Counted from the first letter of the stretch, positions 30,582 through 42,231 are shown. The stretch: 64,000 bases of DNA from Tenericutes bacterium RIFOXYA12_FULL_35_10 (GCA_001830045.1 MIDA01000008.1:6499-70498), one strand, 5' to 3'. Notes: generated from the sequence alone by a model not told the origin. Translations and numbers: made by a program.

Positions 30582-31448
30582 TTATGCTTTATTGACTGAA
30601 CCGAACATTTCTAATTTGTCTTTAATAACTTTCTTCATTGCTTCATAGCCTGGAGCTAAAAGCTTTCTTGGGTCAAAACCTTTACTTTCAAGGTCTTTTC
30701 CAGCTTCAATGTATTTACGTGTTGCATCTGCAAACGCTAATTGAAGTTCAGTGTTCACATTAATCTTAGAAACGCCCATAGAAATGGCTCTCTTCACTTG
30801 GTCAGCAGGAATACCTGTACCACCATGAAGAACTAGAGGAACACCTTTTGTTACTTTCGCAACGTTTTCTAATACGTCAAATCTTAAACCTGGCCAGTTT
30901 GCTGGGTATTTACCATGAATGTTACCAATACCTGCTGCAAACATGTCAACGCCTGTTGCTGCAATGATTTCGCATTCTTTTGGATCTGCGACTTCACCCA
31001 TACCAACAACACCGTCTTCTTCACCACCAATTGAACCTACTTCAGCTTCAACAGAAACACCTTTTGCATGACAAGCTGCAACGATTTCTTTTGTTTTAGC
31101 TAAGTTTTCTTCAAATGGATAATGAGATCCATCAAACATAATTGATGTGAAACCTGCTTCTAGTGCTTTATATGCACCTTCATAAGTACCATGATCTAGA
31201 TGTACTGCAACTGGAACTGATACATTATAGAACTTATCGAGTTCTCTAACGATTGCCATAACGGTTCTATAACCGCCCATGTATTTTGCTGCGCCTTCAG
31301 AAACACCTAAGATGACTGGAGACTTTAATTCTTCTACAGTTGTTAAAACTGCTTTTGTCCACTCTAAATTGTTGATGTTAATTTGAGCAACCCCGTAACC
31401 TTCTTTACGGGCTTTTAATAACATTTCTTTTGCTGATACGACTGCCAT
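30582..31448 (-). CDS. fba: Class II fructose-bisphosphate aldolase
   Basis: VHLDHG, VEAEVG, GNIHGKY, LVLHGGTG, KINVNTE. Confidence 0.96.
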   Translation of the reverse strand: MAVVSAKEMLLKARKEGYGVAQININNLEWTKAVLTTVEELKSPVILGVSEGAAKYMGGYRTVMAIVRELDKFYNVSVPVAVHLDHGTYEGAYKALEAGFTSIMFDGSHYPFEENLAKTKEIVAACHAKGVSVEAEVGSIGGEEDGVVGMGEVADPKECEIIAATGVDMFAAGIGNIHGKYPANWPGLRFDVLENVAKVTKGVPLVLHGGTGIPADQVKRAISMGVSKINVNTELQLAFADATRKYIEAGKDLESKGFDPRKLLAPGYEAMKKVIKDKLEMFGSVNKA

Positions 31449-31481
31449 ATTTTATTTCCTCCTTGGAATTTGTCACACTCT

Positions 31482-31537
31482 ATTATATTACAAAGCCTTC
31501 CATTTATCAATGAAATTGGGTATTGTAATCGCTCACA
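31482..31537 (-). promoter_or_regulatory. fba sigma-A promoter with upstream cre-like site
   Basis: TTGATA (31510-31505), 17 bp, TATAAT (31487-31482). TGTAATCGCTCACA at 31524-31537 fits TGWNANCGNTNWCA fully. Confidence 0.75.
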
Positions 31538-31541
31538 TGAC

Positions 31542-33245
<1,704 letters not shown>

Positions 33246-33275
33246 TCTTTATTTTTGTTAAATATAAGGAAAATG

Positions 33276-33887
33276 TCAGAGATTCTTCACAAATGAATGA
33301 TCTTGCTCTTGATTAAATCCCATACGCTTTAAATAGTCTTGATGTTTTTCGCTTCCTGGTTTAGAGGTAAGTTTTTTGATTCCTTGATCTTTAAAGTATG
33401 AGGTTTGTTCTTGATATAGAAATTGCCCCATTTTAAAATCGCGATACATCGGAGTCACATAATCAACTAATATATCTAATGTGTCTTCATGTCTTTTACC
33501 AACTAAAACACCTGCAGGCACTGTATTTCTAAGCATAAAAACTTTGATGAGTGAAGGGTTATCTAACTCTTCTTCAAATGCCATAAAAGCCTTCATGTCT
33601 TTTTCATAGTTTTCAACAAATAAATTAAAATAAGTTAAATCAGAAACTGCCATTAACTTAAAGTAATCTTTCTTTGTATACATTTGATACAAATAATACC
33701 CATTAATGATGACAATCCCTAAGTTCATGAGTGCGACAGGAAGTGCACTAATTAAAAAACCATAGACAGCAAAAACTAATGAACCAATCAAATTAATCCA
33801 TCTGAGTCTTTTCACTGAACTCATTAAAAGTGAAACTAAAACAATGAGTGATGCTACATAGCCTAGCCATTCTTGCCAACCTGGCAT
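33276..33887 (-). CDS. Membrane protein (3-4 TM, YgjV-like N-terminus) with soluble C-terminal domain
   Basis: WLGYVASLIVLVSLLMSSVKRLRWINLIGS...; start 33887 with SD AAGGA. Confidence 0.75.
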   Translation of the reverse strand: MPGWQEWLGYVASLIVLVSLLMSSVKRLRWINLIGSLVFAVYGFLISALPVALMNLGIVIINGYYLYQMYTKKDYFKLMAVSDLTYFNLFVENYEKDMKAFMAFEEELDNPSLIKVFMLRNTVPAGVLVGKRHEDTLDILVDYVTPMYRDFKMGQFLYQEQTSYFKDQGIKKLTSKPGSEKHQDYLKRMGFNQEQDHSFVKNL

Positions 33888-33909
33888 AAAATCATTCCTT
33901 TCTTGGGAG

Positions 33910-33936
33910 AAAAAAGGGTATACCTGGTGTATACCC
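33910..33936 (-). terminator. Intrinsic terminator after rpoE
   Basis: Minus strand GGGTATAC-ACCAG-GTATACCC-TTTTTT. Confidence 0.85.
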
Positions 33937-33947
33937 ATTCTCAAAAG

Positions 33948-34502
33948 TTACTCGTCGTACATATCTTCAAAATCGTCCATGATGTCGTTGTACTCATCTT
34001 CATCGTAGTCATCGTCATCAAATTCGATTTCGGGTTCATCAAGGTCTTCATCATCGGTTGACTTAACAGGTAATTCAACATCAATGTATGCTTTTTCTTC
34101 CTTGATTTCTTCGTCTAGATCTTCTGCAACTTCATCTTCATCTTCGTCTTCTTCAGCTTCAACTTCCGCTTCTTCCTCTTCAAGTACGAATTCAGTGAAA
34201 TCAAGATCTTCTTCGGTATCTTCTTCGATATCTTCTGCATGAACAAAGGCGTAGCCGTCTTTATCCCACAATTCTAGATTTCTTTCTTTCAAATCCCATT
34301 GATCATCACCACAATACACGAACTTAGCACTTTGTGTAATATCCATGTAAAGTTGTGTTAAGCGGTCAATGTCATCAAGTGGAATTTGTTTTGCTTCAGC
34401 AACGCTTCTCATGATGTCTTGAATGGGTAGTGGTTTTCCTGATTCCTTTAGTAAAACCTCTGCAACATCAAGCATTGCTAATGTTTTTAATTTATCGCTC
34501 AT
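33948..34502 (-). CDS. rpoE: DNA-directed RNA polymerase subunit delta
   Basis: HARE-HTH N-terminus (LYMDITQSAKFVYCGDDQWDLK) plus long D/E-rich tail; upstream of pyrG-fba as in Firmicutes. Confidence 0.9.
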   Translation of the reverse strand: MSDKLKTLAMLDVAEVLLKESGKPLPIQDIMRSVAEAKQIPLDDIDRLTQLYMDITQSAKFVYCGDDQWDLKERNLELWDKDGYAFVHAEDIEEDTEEDLDFTEFVLEEEEAEVEAEEDEDEDEVAEDLDEEIKEEKAYIDVELPVKSTDDEDLDEPEIEFDDDDYDEDEYNDIMDDFEDMYDE

Positions 34503-34557
34503 CTGTGCCTCCTAAAACCGTATCTATTGTATACTAATCGTTTTGTTTTTGCAAGCC

Positions 34558-34830
34558 TTACTGATTTAATCGTGTAATGAAGAAAACGATGGCCAAGATT
34601 ACGGCAAGAACAATGAACAATTTAAGCATTTTCTTCACGAAGCCAATCGTACCAAAAACGAGAATAAAACCAACAAAGACGATACCTACTAACTTAATGA
34701 GTTCAGGTAGTGGTGAAACAAATTCATTGTATAAACCAATGAGTCTGTTGTCAATATCAAGCAATCCCGATAGCCAATCATTAAAATTGCCATAAATCAG
34801 TTCAAAAAAGTTTTTAATGGTTTCAAACAT
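34558..34830 (-). CDS. Small two-TM hypothetical membrane protein
   Basis: SD AGGAGG; C-terminal hydrophobic helices; 11 nt downstream of recR. Confidence 0.75.
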   Translation of the reverse strand: MFETIKNFFELIYGNFNDWLSGLLDIDNRLIGLYNEFVSPLPELIKLVGIVFVGFILVFGTIGFVKKMLKLFIVLAVILAIVFFITRLNQ

Positions 34831-34841
34831 GTTTTTACCTC

Positions 34842-35432
34842 CTAATATTTCTGTCTATTTTCGACAGCCTTACTTAAGGTGAGCTCATCGGCATATTTTA
34901 GATCGGTACCGACAGGTAGACCATAAGCGAGTCTTGTAATCACACAATCTTCTTCCTGGAAAAGAGCTTTTAAATATTTTGCAGTCATTTCACCTTCAAC
35001 GGTTGAGTTGGTTGCAATAATCATTTCTTTGATTGAAGACATTCTTTTCGCGAGTGTATCTATATGTAGGTCTTTATCTGTGATACCTCTTGAAAAATCA
35101 ATTAAACCACCAAGTACATGATAAACCCCATGATAGGTTTTCATTTTTTCAATTTGAAAGACATCTTTTGCATCTGAGACCACCATCAACATCTCATGAT
35201 CTCTTGATTGATCTTGACAGATGTGACAGACTGGTTGATCAGTAATCATGTGGCATATGGGACAATATGAAATCTCTTGTTTCAAACGTTTTAAGTGATC
35301 TGAAAATTGGAGAAGATCATCATTTTCCCAGTGAGTAATCACATGAAGTGCTAACCTCTCAGCTGTTTTTTCGCCGATACCCGGAAGCTTTCGAAAATCT
35401 TCAATGATTTTCTGAATAATGGATGGATACAT
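34842..35432 (-). CDS. recR: Recombination mediator RecR
   Basis: LPGIGEKTAERLA, CPICHMITDQPVCHIC zinc finger, YHVLGG, GLPVG. Confidence 0.97.
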   Translation of the reverse strand: MYPSIIQKIIEDFRKLPGIGEKTAERLALHVITHWENDDLLQFSDHLKRLKQEISYCPICHMITDQPVCHICQDQSRDHEMLMVVSDAKDVFQIEKMKTYHGVYHVLGGLIDFSRGITDKDLHIDTLAKRMSSIKEMIIATNSTVEGEMTAKYLKALFQEEDCVITRLAYGLPVGTDLKYADELTLSKAVENRQKY

Positions 35433-35722
35433 TAAAATCCAAACCCACCCATGCCACCGGTAAATTGACCCATGGTTTCTTCTTGTTCTTTTTCAATTTG
35501 CTTTAATGCATCATTGGTTGCAAGTAAAATAGCATCTTGTAAAAGTTCGACTTCTTCAAGAAGTTCAGGATTAATTTGTACATCAATGACTTGACGTGTT
35601 CCTTGCATAATGACAACAACACCTGAAGCTTTACCGAAAAATTCTTTTCGTTCAAGTGCTTCTTGTGCTTCCATCATTTGTTTTTGCATTTTTTTAAGTT
35701 TATTTAACATATTTGGATTCAT
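35432..35722 (-). CDS. ybaB: YbaB/EbfC nucleoid-associated protein
   Basis: KKMQKQMMEAQ...LQDAILLATNDA; located between dnaX and recR. Confidence 0.92.
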   Translation of the reverse strand: MNPNMLNKLKKMQKQMMEAQEALERKEFFGKASGVVVIMQGTRQVIDVQINPELLEEVELLQDAILLATNDALKQIEKEQEETMGQFTGGMGGFGF

Positions 35723-35726
35723 AGTC

Positions 35727-37379
35727 TTACTCCTTTATGTGTGCTTTATCGCCAAAATATTCTTTGGCTAGACTAATGATTTCAGGTACTTTATTGTCTT
35801 CTGAAATCTCTTCAAGGTATAGTTTTAAATCATGTGGTGGTAATTTAGGTTTCTTCTGTCCTTTTTTCCAAAGATCCAGATAGACCTCTTTAATGACCAA
35901 CCAATCTGTTTTTAAAATGGCAATGATATCATCAACTAAATGGTTTTTATTATTAAAGATGTCTAATGCTAATTTTTTAGTCTCCGGATCTAAAATACGT
36001 TTGCATAGATTTAGATCATCATAGACTAAAAGCATCGTGTCTGATACGGCTTCTAAATCACCTTGAGATAAAAGATAGGCTACCATCTTTAAATGGGCTT
36101 TTGGATAATCTTTTAAATGGGACCATCCTGATTGTAATAACGTCTTTTTATCTTTATCCGCATTATTTAAAACATTTTCAACCTGTTTAATCGTAACAAG
36201 TGGTTTAAGCTGTTTAGGATTTGAAACAACTTGTTTAGGTTGCATTTTAATCTGTTCTTTAAGTTCTTGTACATCATTTTTTAAACCTTGGATCACACCA
36301 TCATAATCGATTGTCTTAAGTTGTTGATGCTCCATCATTTTGATGAGTGCGAGTTCAACATAAGCACGTTTTTGATGTGTGGTCTTCATGTCTTGTTGCA
36401 ATTGATTTAAAATCTCAAGATAGAAATAAACTTTGTCGGTTGAAAATACAGATAGAAGTTCGCTGTATTTCGCATGTTCGATTTTGGTCGTTTTTTCGAT
36501 TAAGATATCTCTTAACGCTAAGATTAAATCATTGACGATACGTGTAATTTCCTTACCTTCAGCAAGTAAATCTTTAAGTACGTTCATTGCTAAAGGAATT
36601 TCTTTATTTGATATTGCTAAAAGCATTTTAATTAATGATTTTTTAGCAACACTACCTGAGACTTGATGTACATCATCTTCAGTAATTGTTTCACCTGCAA
36701 ATGAAATCGCTTGGTCTAATAAAGAAATCGCATCTCTTAATCCACCTTCAGCATTTTCTGCAACTGCATAAATCGCATCAGGTGCGATATTGATTTTTTC
36801 AGCATCTGCAATCTGTTTTAATTTGATGACGATATCTGATGTTTCAATATTTTTAAAATCGAAACGTTGACAGCGTGATAAAATCGTTGCTGGTATTTTA
36901 TGTACTTCTGTGGTTGCTAAAATGAAGATGACATGTTTGGGTGGTTCTTCGAGTGTTTTTAGTAGTGCATTAAATGCCCCCGGTGTTAACATGTGGACTT
37001 CATCGATAATATAGACTTTATATCTACCAACAGAAGGCATGTATTTGACTTTATCTCTTAAATCTCTAATTTCATCAACACCATTGTTGGATGCAGCATC
37101 AATTTCAATGACATCTGGAATCGATCCTGAATCAATGCCTTTACAAATATCACATTCGTTACATGGATCATTGTTAGGTTGATGAGCACAGTTTACGGCT
37201 TTGGCAAAGATTTTAGCAATACTGGTTTTCCCAGTACCTCTTGGACCCGAAAAAAGATAGGCATGTGCAATCTTGTCGTGTAACAAAGCATTTTGAAGTG
37301 TTTTAATGATTACCTTTTGACCTGAAACTTCGCTAAAAGCTCTTGGACGATAGGCGCGATACAGTGCGACATAGGCCAT
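35727..37379 (-). CDS. dnaX: DNA polymerase III subunit gamma/tau
   Basis: ALYRAYRP, GPRGTGKTS, EIDAASNNGVDEIR, LEEPP, LSRCQRF. Confidence 0.97.
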   Translation of the reverse strand: MAYVALYRAYRPRAFSEVSGQKVIIKTLQNALLHDKIAHAYLFSGPRGTGKTSIAKIFAKAVNCAHQPNNDPCNECDICKGIDSGSIPDVIEIDAASNNGVDEIRDLRDKVKYMPSVGRYKVYIIDEVHMLTPGAFNALLKTLEEPPKHVIFILATTEVHKIPATILSRCQRFDFKNIETSDIVIKLKQIADAEKINIAPDAIYAVAENAEGGLRDAISLLDQAISFAGETITEDDVHQVSGSVAKKSLIKMLLAISNKEIPLAMNVLKDLLAEGKEITRIVNDLILALRDILIEKTTKIEHAKYSELLSVFSTDKVYFYLEILNQLQQDMKTTHQKRAYVELALIKMMEHQQLKTIDYDGVIQGLKNDVQELKEQIKMQPKQVVSNPKQLKPLVTIKQVENVLNNADKDKKTLLQSGWSHLKDYPKAHLKMVAYLLSQGDLEAVSDTMLLVYDDLNLCKRILDPETKKLALDIFNNKNHLVDDIIAILKTDWLVIKEVYLDLWKKGQKKPKLPPHDLKLYLEEISEDNKVPEIISLAKEYFGDKAHIKE

Positions 37380-37451
37380 AAAATACCCTCTCTTTCTTCT
37401 AGATTATTATAACATAATAAGAACTAGATGATTCATCACATTTTTTTGGTT

Positions 37452-38804
37452 TTATTTACCCAGGCAAAATTTTGAAAAAAGTTCATCAAGTAAACCTTCA
37501 GCATAATTTTCACCTAGAATTTCGCCTAGAGCTTGCCAGCTTTGTGTAAGGTCAATTGCATAAACATCAACAGGCATATCTAATGCGATGGATCGCATGA
37601 CATTTTGAAGTGATGCTCTCGCTTCTTTAACCTTCATGATATGTCTCATGTTGGATAAATAATTTAAATCTCTTGAATTTAAGTCTTCAAGTTCTAGTTT
37701 CTTTAAAATCGCTTTTTCTAAATCTTTTAATCCATATTTTGTGAGTGTCGAAATGGGAATAACTTCTTCCATCGATAAAGCTTTTGGAAGATCTGCTTTG
37801 TTAGCAATAATGATTCTTCGTTTATCTTTTGTCATCTCAAGCAATTCTTTATCTTCTTTAGTTAAAGCTTTACTTTGATCTAAGACAAGTAAGACAAGTT
37901 CAGCTTCATGAAGTGCCTTCTTTGAGCGATCAACGCCTATTCTTTCAACAATATCGATCGTCTCTCTAATCCCTGCGGTATCGATTAGTTTAAGCGTAAT
38001 TCCACCAATATTAATGTAGGCTTCAATGGTATCTCTGGTTGTTCCTTCGATGTCTGTAACAATCGCTTTTTCTTCATTTAAAAGCGCATTTAAAAGACTG
38101 GATTTACCGACGTTTGGTTTCCCAATAATTGCAGTTTTTACGCCATCTCTAATAAGTTGATTTTTATATGATTCATCAAGCACGTGATCAATTTCTTTAA
38201 TAAGTTCTTCGGTTTTTGGACCGATGATTTCTTTACTCATCACAATCGCATCATCATATTCCGGATAGTCAATATTGACTTCTATTTGAGCAATAATCGT
38301 TAATAGTTTAGAGCGAAGCGAACGAATTAAATTTGAGGTTTCTTTATTAACCCCAAGCGTTGCAAGTTTCATCGCTTGTTCACTTTTCGCATGAATTAAA
38401 TCCATGATGGATTCTGCTTGAACGAGGTCAATACGACCATTTAAATATGCACGTTCGCTGAATTCACCTGGTTCAGCTAGTCTTATATCTTGAGATAAAA
38501 TGCGTTCCAAAACTTTTTGCGTGATTAAAATACCACCATGTGTTGAAACTTCAACGACATCTTCAGCAGTAAATGTTTTTGGCTTTCGCATGACAGCAAC
38601 CATCACTTCATCTAGTAGTGATCCATCTTCATTCATGATGTGTCCATAATGAAGGGTATGTGATTTCACTTTGGTAAGATCACGTCCCTTAAAAATTTTA
38701 TTCACTTCTTGGATTGCTTTTTCACCACTTACGCGGATCACAGAAATTCCTGCAGTACCAAATGCTGTCGATATGGCAGCAATCGTTTCAAAATTCATAG
38801 TCAC
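37452..38804 (-). CDS. mnmE: tRNA modification GTPase MnmE
   Basis: GKPNVGKSSLLN, GTTRD, DTAGIR, NKAD, C-terminal FCLGK. Confidence 0.97.
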   Translation of the reverse strand: MTMNFETIAAISTAFGTAGISVIRVSGEKAIQEVNKIFKGRDLTKVKSHTLHYGHIMNEDGSLLDEVMVAVMRKPKTFTAEDVVEVSTHGGILITQKVLERILSQDIRLAEPGEFSERAYLNGRIDLVQAESIMDLIHAKSEQAMKLATLGVNKETSNLIRSLRSKLLTIIAQIEVNIDYPEYDDAIVMSKEIIGPKTEELIKEIDHVLDESYKNQLIRDGVKTAIIGKPNVGKSSLLNALLNEEKAIVTDIEGTTRDTIEAYINIGGITLKLIDTAGIRETIDIVERIGVDRSKKALHEAELVLLVLDQSKALTKEDKELLEMTKDKRRIIIANKADLPKALSMEEVIPISTLTKYGLKDLEKAILKKLELEDLNSRDLNYLSNMRHIMKVKEARASLQNVMRSIALDMPVDVYAIDLTQSWQALGEILGENYAEGLLDELFSKFCLGK

Positions 38805-39322
38805 TCCTCAACGGATTTAGATGGACTCCGTTTATCTCTGGGTACAAGAGGGTTAAATCCTCTTTTTAAATCTCTCATTAAAATGAAAATAATAATAAAT
38901 ACACCTAGGATTGAACCAATTAAGACATATCCACTACCTAAAATGAGCCCTGTCATTGCAGTAAACCAAATGGTTGCTGCTGTAGTAATTCCACGAATGA
39001 CTTGTTGCTGGTCTTTTAGAATGACTCCAGCCCCAATAAAACCTATCCCTGTGACAACCTGTGCAATCACACGCTGTCCTTCTGGATCAATAAGAACGCC
39101 TGTTGACTGTAAAAATATCTGATGTTCAAACATCAAGCGTTGCATAATCGCAATACCTGCACTTGCCATCGCAACCAAAATATGTGAGGAAAGTCCTGCC
39201 GCCTTTCCCACATTTTGTCTTTCAAGTCCCACAAATGCACCCACAGCAAACGCGATGACAAGTGGAACCACAATTTTAAATAAAATATCTAATAGTGATA
39301 AATCTAAATCATAAAAATACAT
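38801..39322 (-). CDS. MgtC/SapB family membrane protein
   Basis: VGLERQ...AAGLSSH, RVIAQVVTGIGFIGAGVI, GITTAATIW. Confidence 0.9.
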   Translation of the reverse strand: MYFYDLDLSLLDILFKIVVPLVIAFAVGAFVGLERQNVGKAAGLSSHILVAMASAGIAIMQRLMFEHQIFLQSTGVLIDPEGQRVIAQVVTGIGFIGAGVILKDQQQVIRGITTAATIWFTAMTGLILGSGYVLIGSILGVFIIIFILMRDLKRGFNPLVPRDKRSPSKSVEE

Positions 39323-39381
39323 ATATAATTCTCCCTCCTTCGTGTTGCCACGACTGACTACCTTATCTCATCATAAGGTCT

Positions 39382-40257
39382 TTATTCTTTTTTGGTTTTT
39401 GGATTTCGTTCTCTATAAAGTGTATTAAAGTGAACTTTATCCTCACCCTTTTGATAGCCTAAAATGGCTTCTAAATTGACATTTTGTCCTGCATTAAAAA
39501 TATGTGCATCGACATTGGGATTAATCTTTCTTAATCCAGCAATCATCTCTTTGATTTCTCTTCGTTTTGAAGATGTTTTTTCAGCAACCACGGTGCATCC
39601 ACAGTTCATCGCTTGTATACCTGATCTCACGGTCCATCTAATGATATCTTTTTCTTTAATAAACATCATCGGACGAATGAGTTCAATATCTTCAAAGTTT
39701 TCAGCTTTAATTTTAGGAACCATGGTTTTAAATGTTCCGTTATAGAAAACATTTAAAAGTGTGGTTTCAATGACATCATCAAAATGATGTCCTAAAGCTA
39801 ATTTATTACAACCTAATTCTTTAGCTGCATTATAGAGGAATCCTCTGCGCATGCGAGCACACATGTAACATGGGTTTTCGCTCGCTATTTTTTGAACAAC
39901 ACTGAAAACATCAGAGTTTCTTATCGTTAGAGGAATATTTAAATACTTACAATTGGTTTCAAGTAACTCTAAATTGACATCTCTAAAACCTGGATTCATC
40001 GACAAGAAGACAAGTTCAAACGGAATTTTATTATGTCTTTTAAGTTCTTGAAATAGTTTAGCCATGAGAAGACTATCTTTACCGCCAGATATACCAATCG
40101 CTATTTTATCACCTGGTTCAACCAGTTCATATTCGTTAATCGCTTGAACGAATGGTCTAAAAATATCTTTTCGATACGTTTTTGTTAGGCTTTTTTCAAT
40201 ATCATCGAGTGGTAACTTAGGTGTTTCAACCAAAATGGTTTGACATGAAGATGACAT
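39382..40257 (-). CDS. ttcA: TtcA-family tRNA thiolation protein (PP-loop)
   Basis: SGGKDS, CYMCARMRRG, LGHHFDD, IRP, CGC. Start moved to 40257. Confidence 0.85.
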   Translation of the reverse strand: MSSSCQTILVETPKLPLDDIEKSLTKTYRKDIFRPFVQAINEYELVEPGDKIAIGISGGKDSLLMAKLFQELKRHNKIPFELVFLSMNPGFRDVNLELLETNCKYLNIPLTIRNSDVFSVVQKIASENPCYMCARMRRGFLYNAAKELGCNKLALGHHFDDVIETTLLNVFYNGTFKTMVPKIKAENFEDIELIRPMMFIKEKDIIRWTVRSGIQAMNCGCTVVAEKTSSKRREIKEMIAGLRKINPNVDAHIFNAGQNVNLEAILGYQKGEDKVHFNTLYRERNPKTKKE

Positions 40258-40258
40258 A

Positions 40259-41200
40259 TTAAACTCCGTTCTTATAGGTTTGAACGAGATTTTCAGCATC
40301 TTTAACAAACTGATCGAGTTGTTCCCATGATTCTAATTTACAGCCTGCAGCTTTTGCGTGTCCGCCGCCCTGGTAATGGTTTGCAAGCTTGTCAATATTA
40401 GGGCCGGATGAGCGTAAGCGAATCCGAATTTCATTGGGGTATTCCATAAAGAGTGCCCAAACTGGATAACCTTCAATACCACCAATCAAGCCGACGTTAG
40501 ATGCTGCTTGTTCATCTGTGACATTATATTTTTCAATCACATCACGCGTCATCTTAATATAAACAAATCCCTTTGCAGTCACAAAATTTGAATATACATA
40601 TCCCTTTAAAGCAATCATTTCTAAAGATTCTTTAGAAAGCATTTGATCGATATATTCAACATCGACACCTTTTTCAATGAGTAGTCCTGCAAGTTGATGC
40701 GTTAACTGAGAAACTCCTCTAAACCGAAAACGTCCTGTATCTGTAACAATCCCTGTGTAAAGTGCGATCGCACCTTCTTGGGTGAGTTTAAGTTCTTTTT
40801 TAAACTTGTAATAAAAGTAAGTTATCATTTGTGCACAAGACGGAAACGTTGTGTCAACCCATCTTAAATCACCATAATTATCCACTGGAATGTGATGATC
40901 GATTTTAATGATTTCTTGTCCTAACGTGTAACGTGAATCTGAAATACGGTCTTTCACTGCTGTATCAACAACAATGGATAGCGCACCTTGGTATACATCA
41001 TCTGTGATTTGATCAACTTTACCAACAAAATCGACAAAATCACTTCTTTCTCCAACCACATAAACTTTTTTATCTGGAAATGAGGACGTGATGATATTTT
41101 TTAAGCCAAATTGTGCCCCATAACAGTCACCATCTGGTCTTTTATGACCATGGATAATAATGGTCTCATATTGTTTTATTTTATTTAATATTCTTTGCAT
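40259..41200 (-). CDS. DHH/DHHA1 phosphoesterase (NrnA-like), copy 2
   Basis: HKRPDGDCYG, VDTA, KIDHH, DTGRF, GGGHAKAAG. Start 41200. Confidence 0.93.
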   Translation of the reverse strand: MQRILNKIKQYETIIIHGHKRPDGDCYGAQFGLKNIITSSFPDKKVYVVGERSDFVDFVGKVDQITDDVYQGALSIVVDTAVKDRISDSRYTLGQEIIKIDHHIPVDNYGDLRWVDTTFPSCAQMITYFYYKFKKELKLTQEGAIALYTGIVTDTGRFRFRGVSQLTHQLAGLLIEKGVDVEYIDQMLSKESLEMIALKGYVYSNFVTAKGFVYIKMTRDVIEKYNVTDEQAASNVGLIGGIEGYPVWALFMEYPNEIRIRLRSSGPNIDKLANHYQGGGHAKAAGCKLESWEQLDQFVKDAENLVQTYKNGV

Positions 41201-42140
41201 TTTCTTTTGCCCTTTCATCTAAATCCTTTAGTACTAAATCTACTTCATTCCAATCTTTCAAGCTTGCTCCGCATGCTTGATTGTGACCACCGCCACCAAA
41301 TTTTTTTGCAATATCAACAATCGTAATCCCGCGAGCTCTAAATTCACCCACAATTAAATTGTTTTCAACATCTTCGGTAAAATTTGCCCAAATGGGTATT
41401 TCCTTTATACCTGCCATCTGATTAACCATACCTCTAGAGATGGCTTGAAATTCTAAACCACTCTTTTGAATGAGTTCAGCATCATTCTTGCGATATGCAA
41501 CACCATTTTCGGTGATTTCAAACGATGAGAATAGATTTTTTGTTAATCTTTTTTGAAGTGGTTCGGTGTAAATATAATCATAGAAATCTTGCACAGATGG
41601 TTCAAACTTCGTAATGTAAGATGCGAGTTCAAATGTCTTTGATGCGTTATTTAAATATAAGAAACGCCCCGTATCTGTAACCATACCTCCATAGAGGTAA
41701 GTTGCGGCTTCTGGTGTGACTTTTAAATTCATTTCCTTAATGATATCGACAATCATTTCAGAAGCAGATGCAAACGTTGGATCTTTATAGAAAAGTGTAA
41801 CGTTTTCGACATCGGTATCATTTTGATGGTGATCGATGATGATCACATCTGTTGCAAGTTTATAACGATCGTCACTGATTAATCGCGACACTGATACATC
41901 GGTAATAATCGCTAACGCATTGATGTAATAAGCATCAGGAATAACATCCATTTTCGCAAGATAAACCATATCATTGGAATCCCCAACGACATAAACCCTC
42001 TTATCGGGATAATTTTCTTTAATGGTCAAATATAAACCATACTGTGATCCAATCGCATCCATATCTGGTCTTAAATGACGATGGATAATGATTTGATCAT
42101 AAGATTCAATCAAATGGAGAATGTTACGTTTGATATTCAT
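41181..42140 (-). CDS. DHH/DHHA1 phosphoesterase (NrnA-like), copy 1
   Basis: HLRPDMDAIG, TDVS, IDHH, DTGRF, GGGGHNQACG. Start 42140. Confidence 0.93.
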   Translation of the reverse strand: MNIKRNILHLIESYDQIIIHRHLRPDMDAIGSQYGLYLTIKENYPDKRVYVVGDSNDMVYLAKMDVIPDAYYINALAIITDVSVSRLISDDRYKLATDVIIIDHHQNDTDVENVTLFYKDPTFASASEMIVDIIKEMNLKVTPEAATYLYGGMVTDTGRFLYLNNASKTFELASYITKFEPSVQDFYDYIYTEPLQKRLTKNLFSSFEITENGVAYRKNDAELIQKSGLEFQAISRGMVNQMAGIKEIPIWANFTEDVENNLIVGEFRARGITIVDIAKKFGGGGHNQACGASLKDWNEVDLVLKDLDERAKENAKNIK

Positions 42141-42231
42141 AGTGACCTTATACCTTTCTAATGTATTATGATAGTATATCATAGATTATGAAAAAAAACT
42201 ATGATATCTTATGTTGTCGTTCATTCGATAC

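Noticed and set aside
33948-34230. Low-complexity GAA/GAT-rich tract
   Set aside because: It is the normal acidic tail of the RNAP delta subunit, not a repeat element.
35861-35868. AAAAAAG in dnaX as a possible gamma/tau frameshift site
   Set aside because: The reading frame is TGG AAA AAA GGA, not A AAA AAG; it is close to the C-terminus and no stimulatory hairpin is evident.
37380-37451. Expected SRP RNA (scr/ffs) upstream of dnaX
   Set aside because: The gap is only 72 bp and has no GGAA-tetraloop/AGCAG SRP motif.
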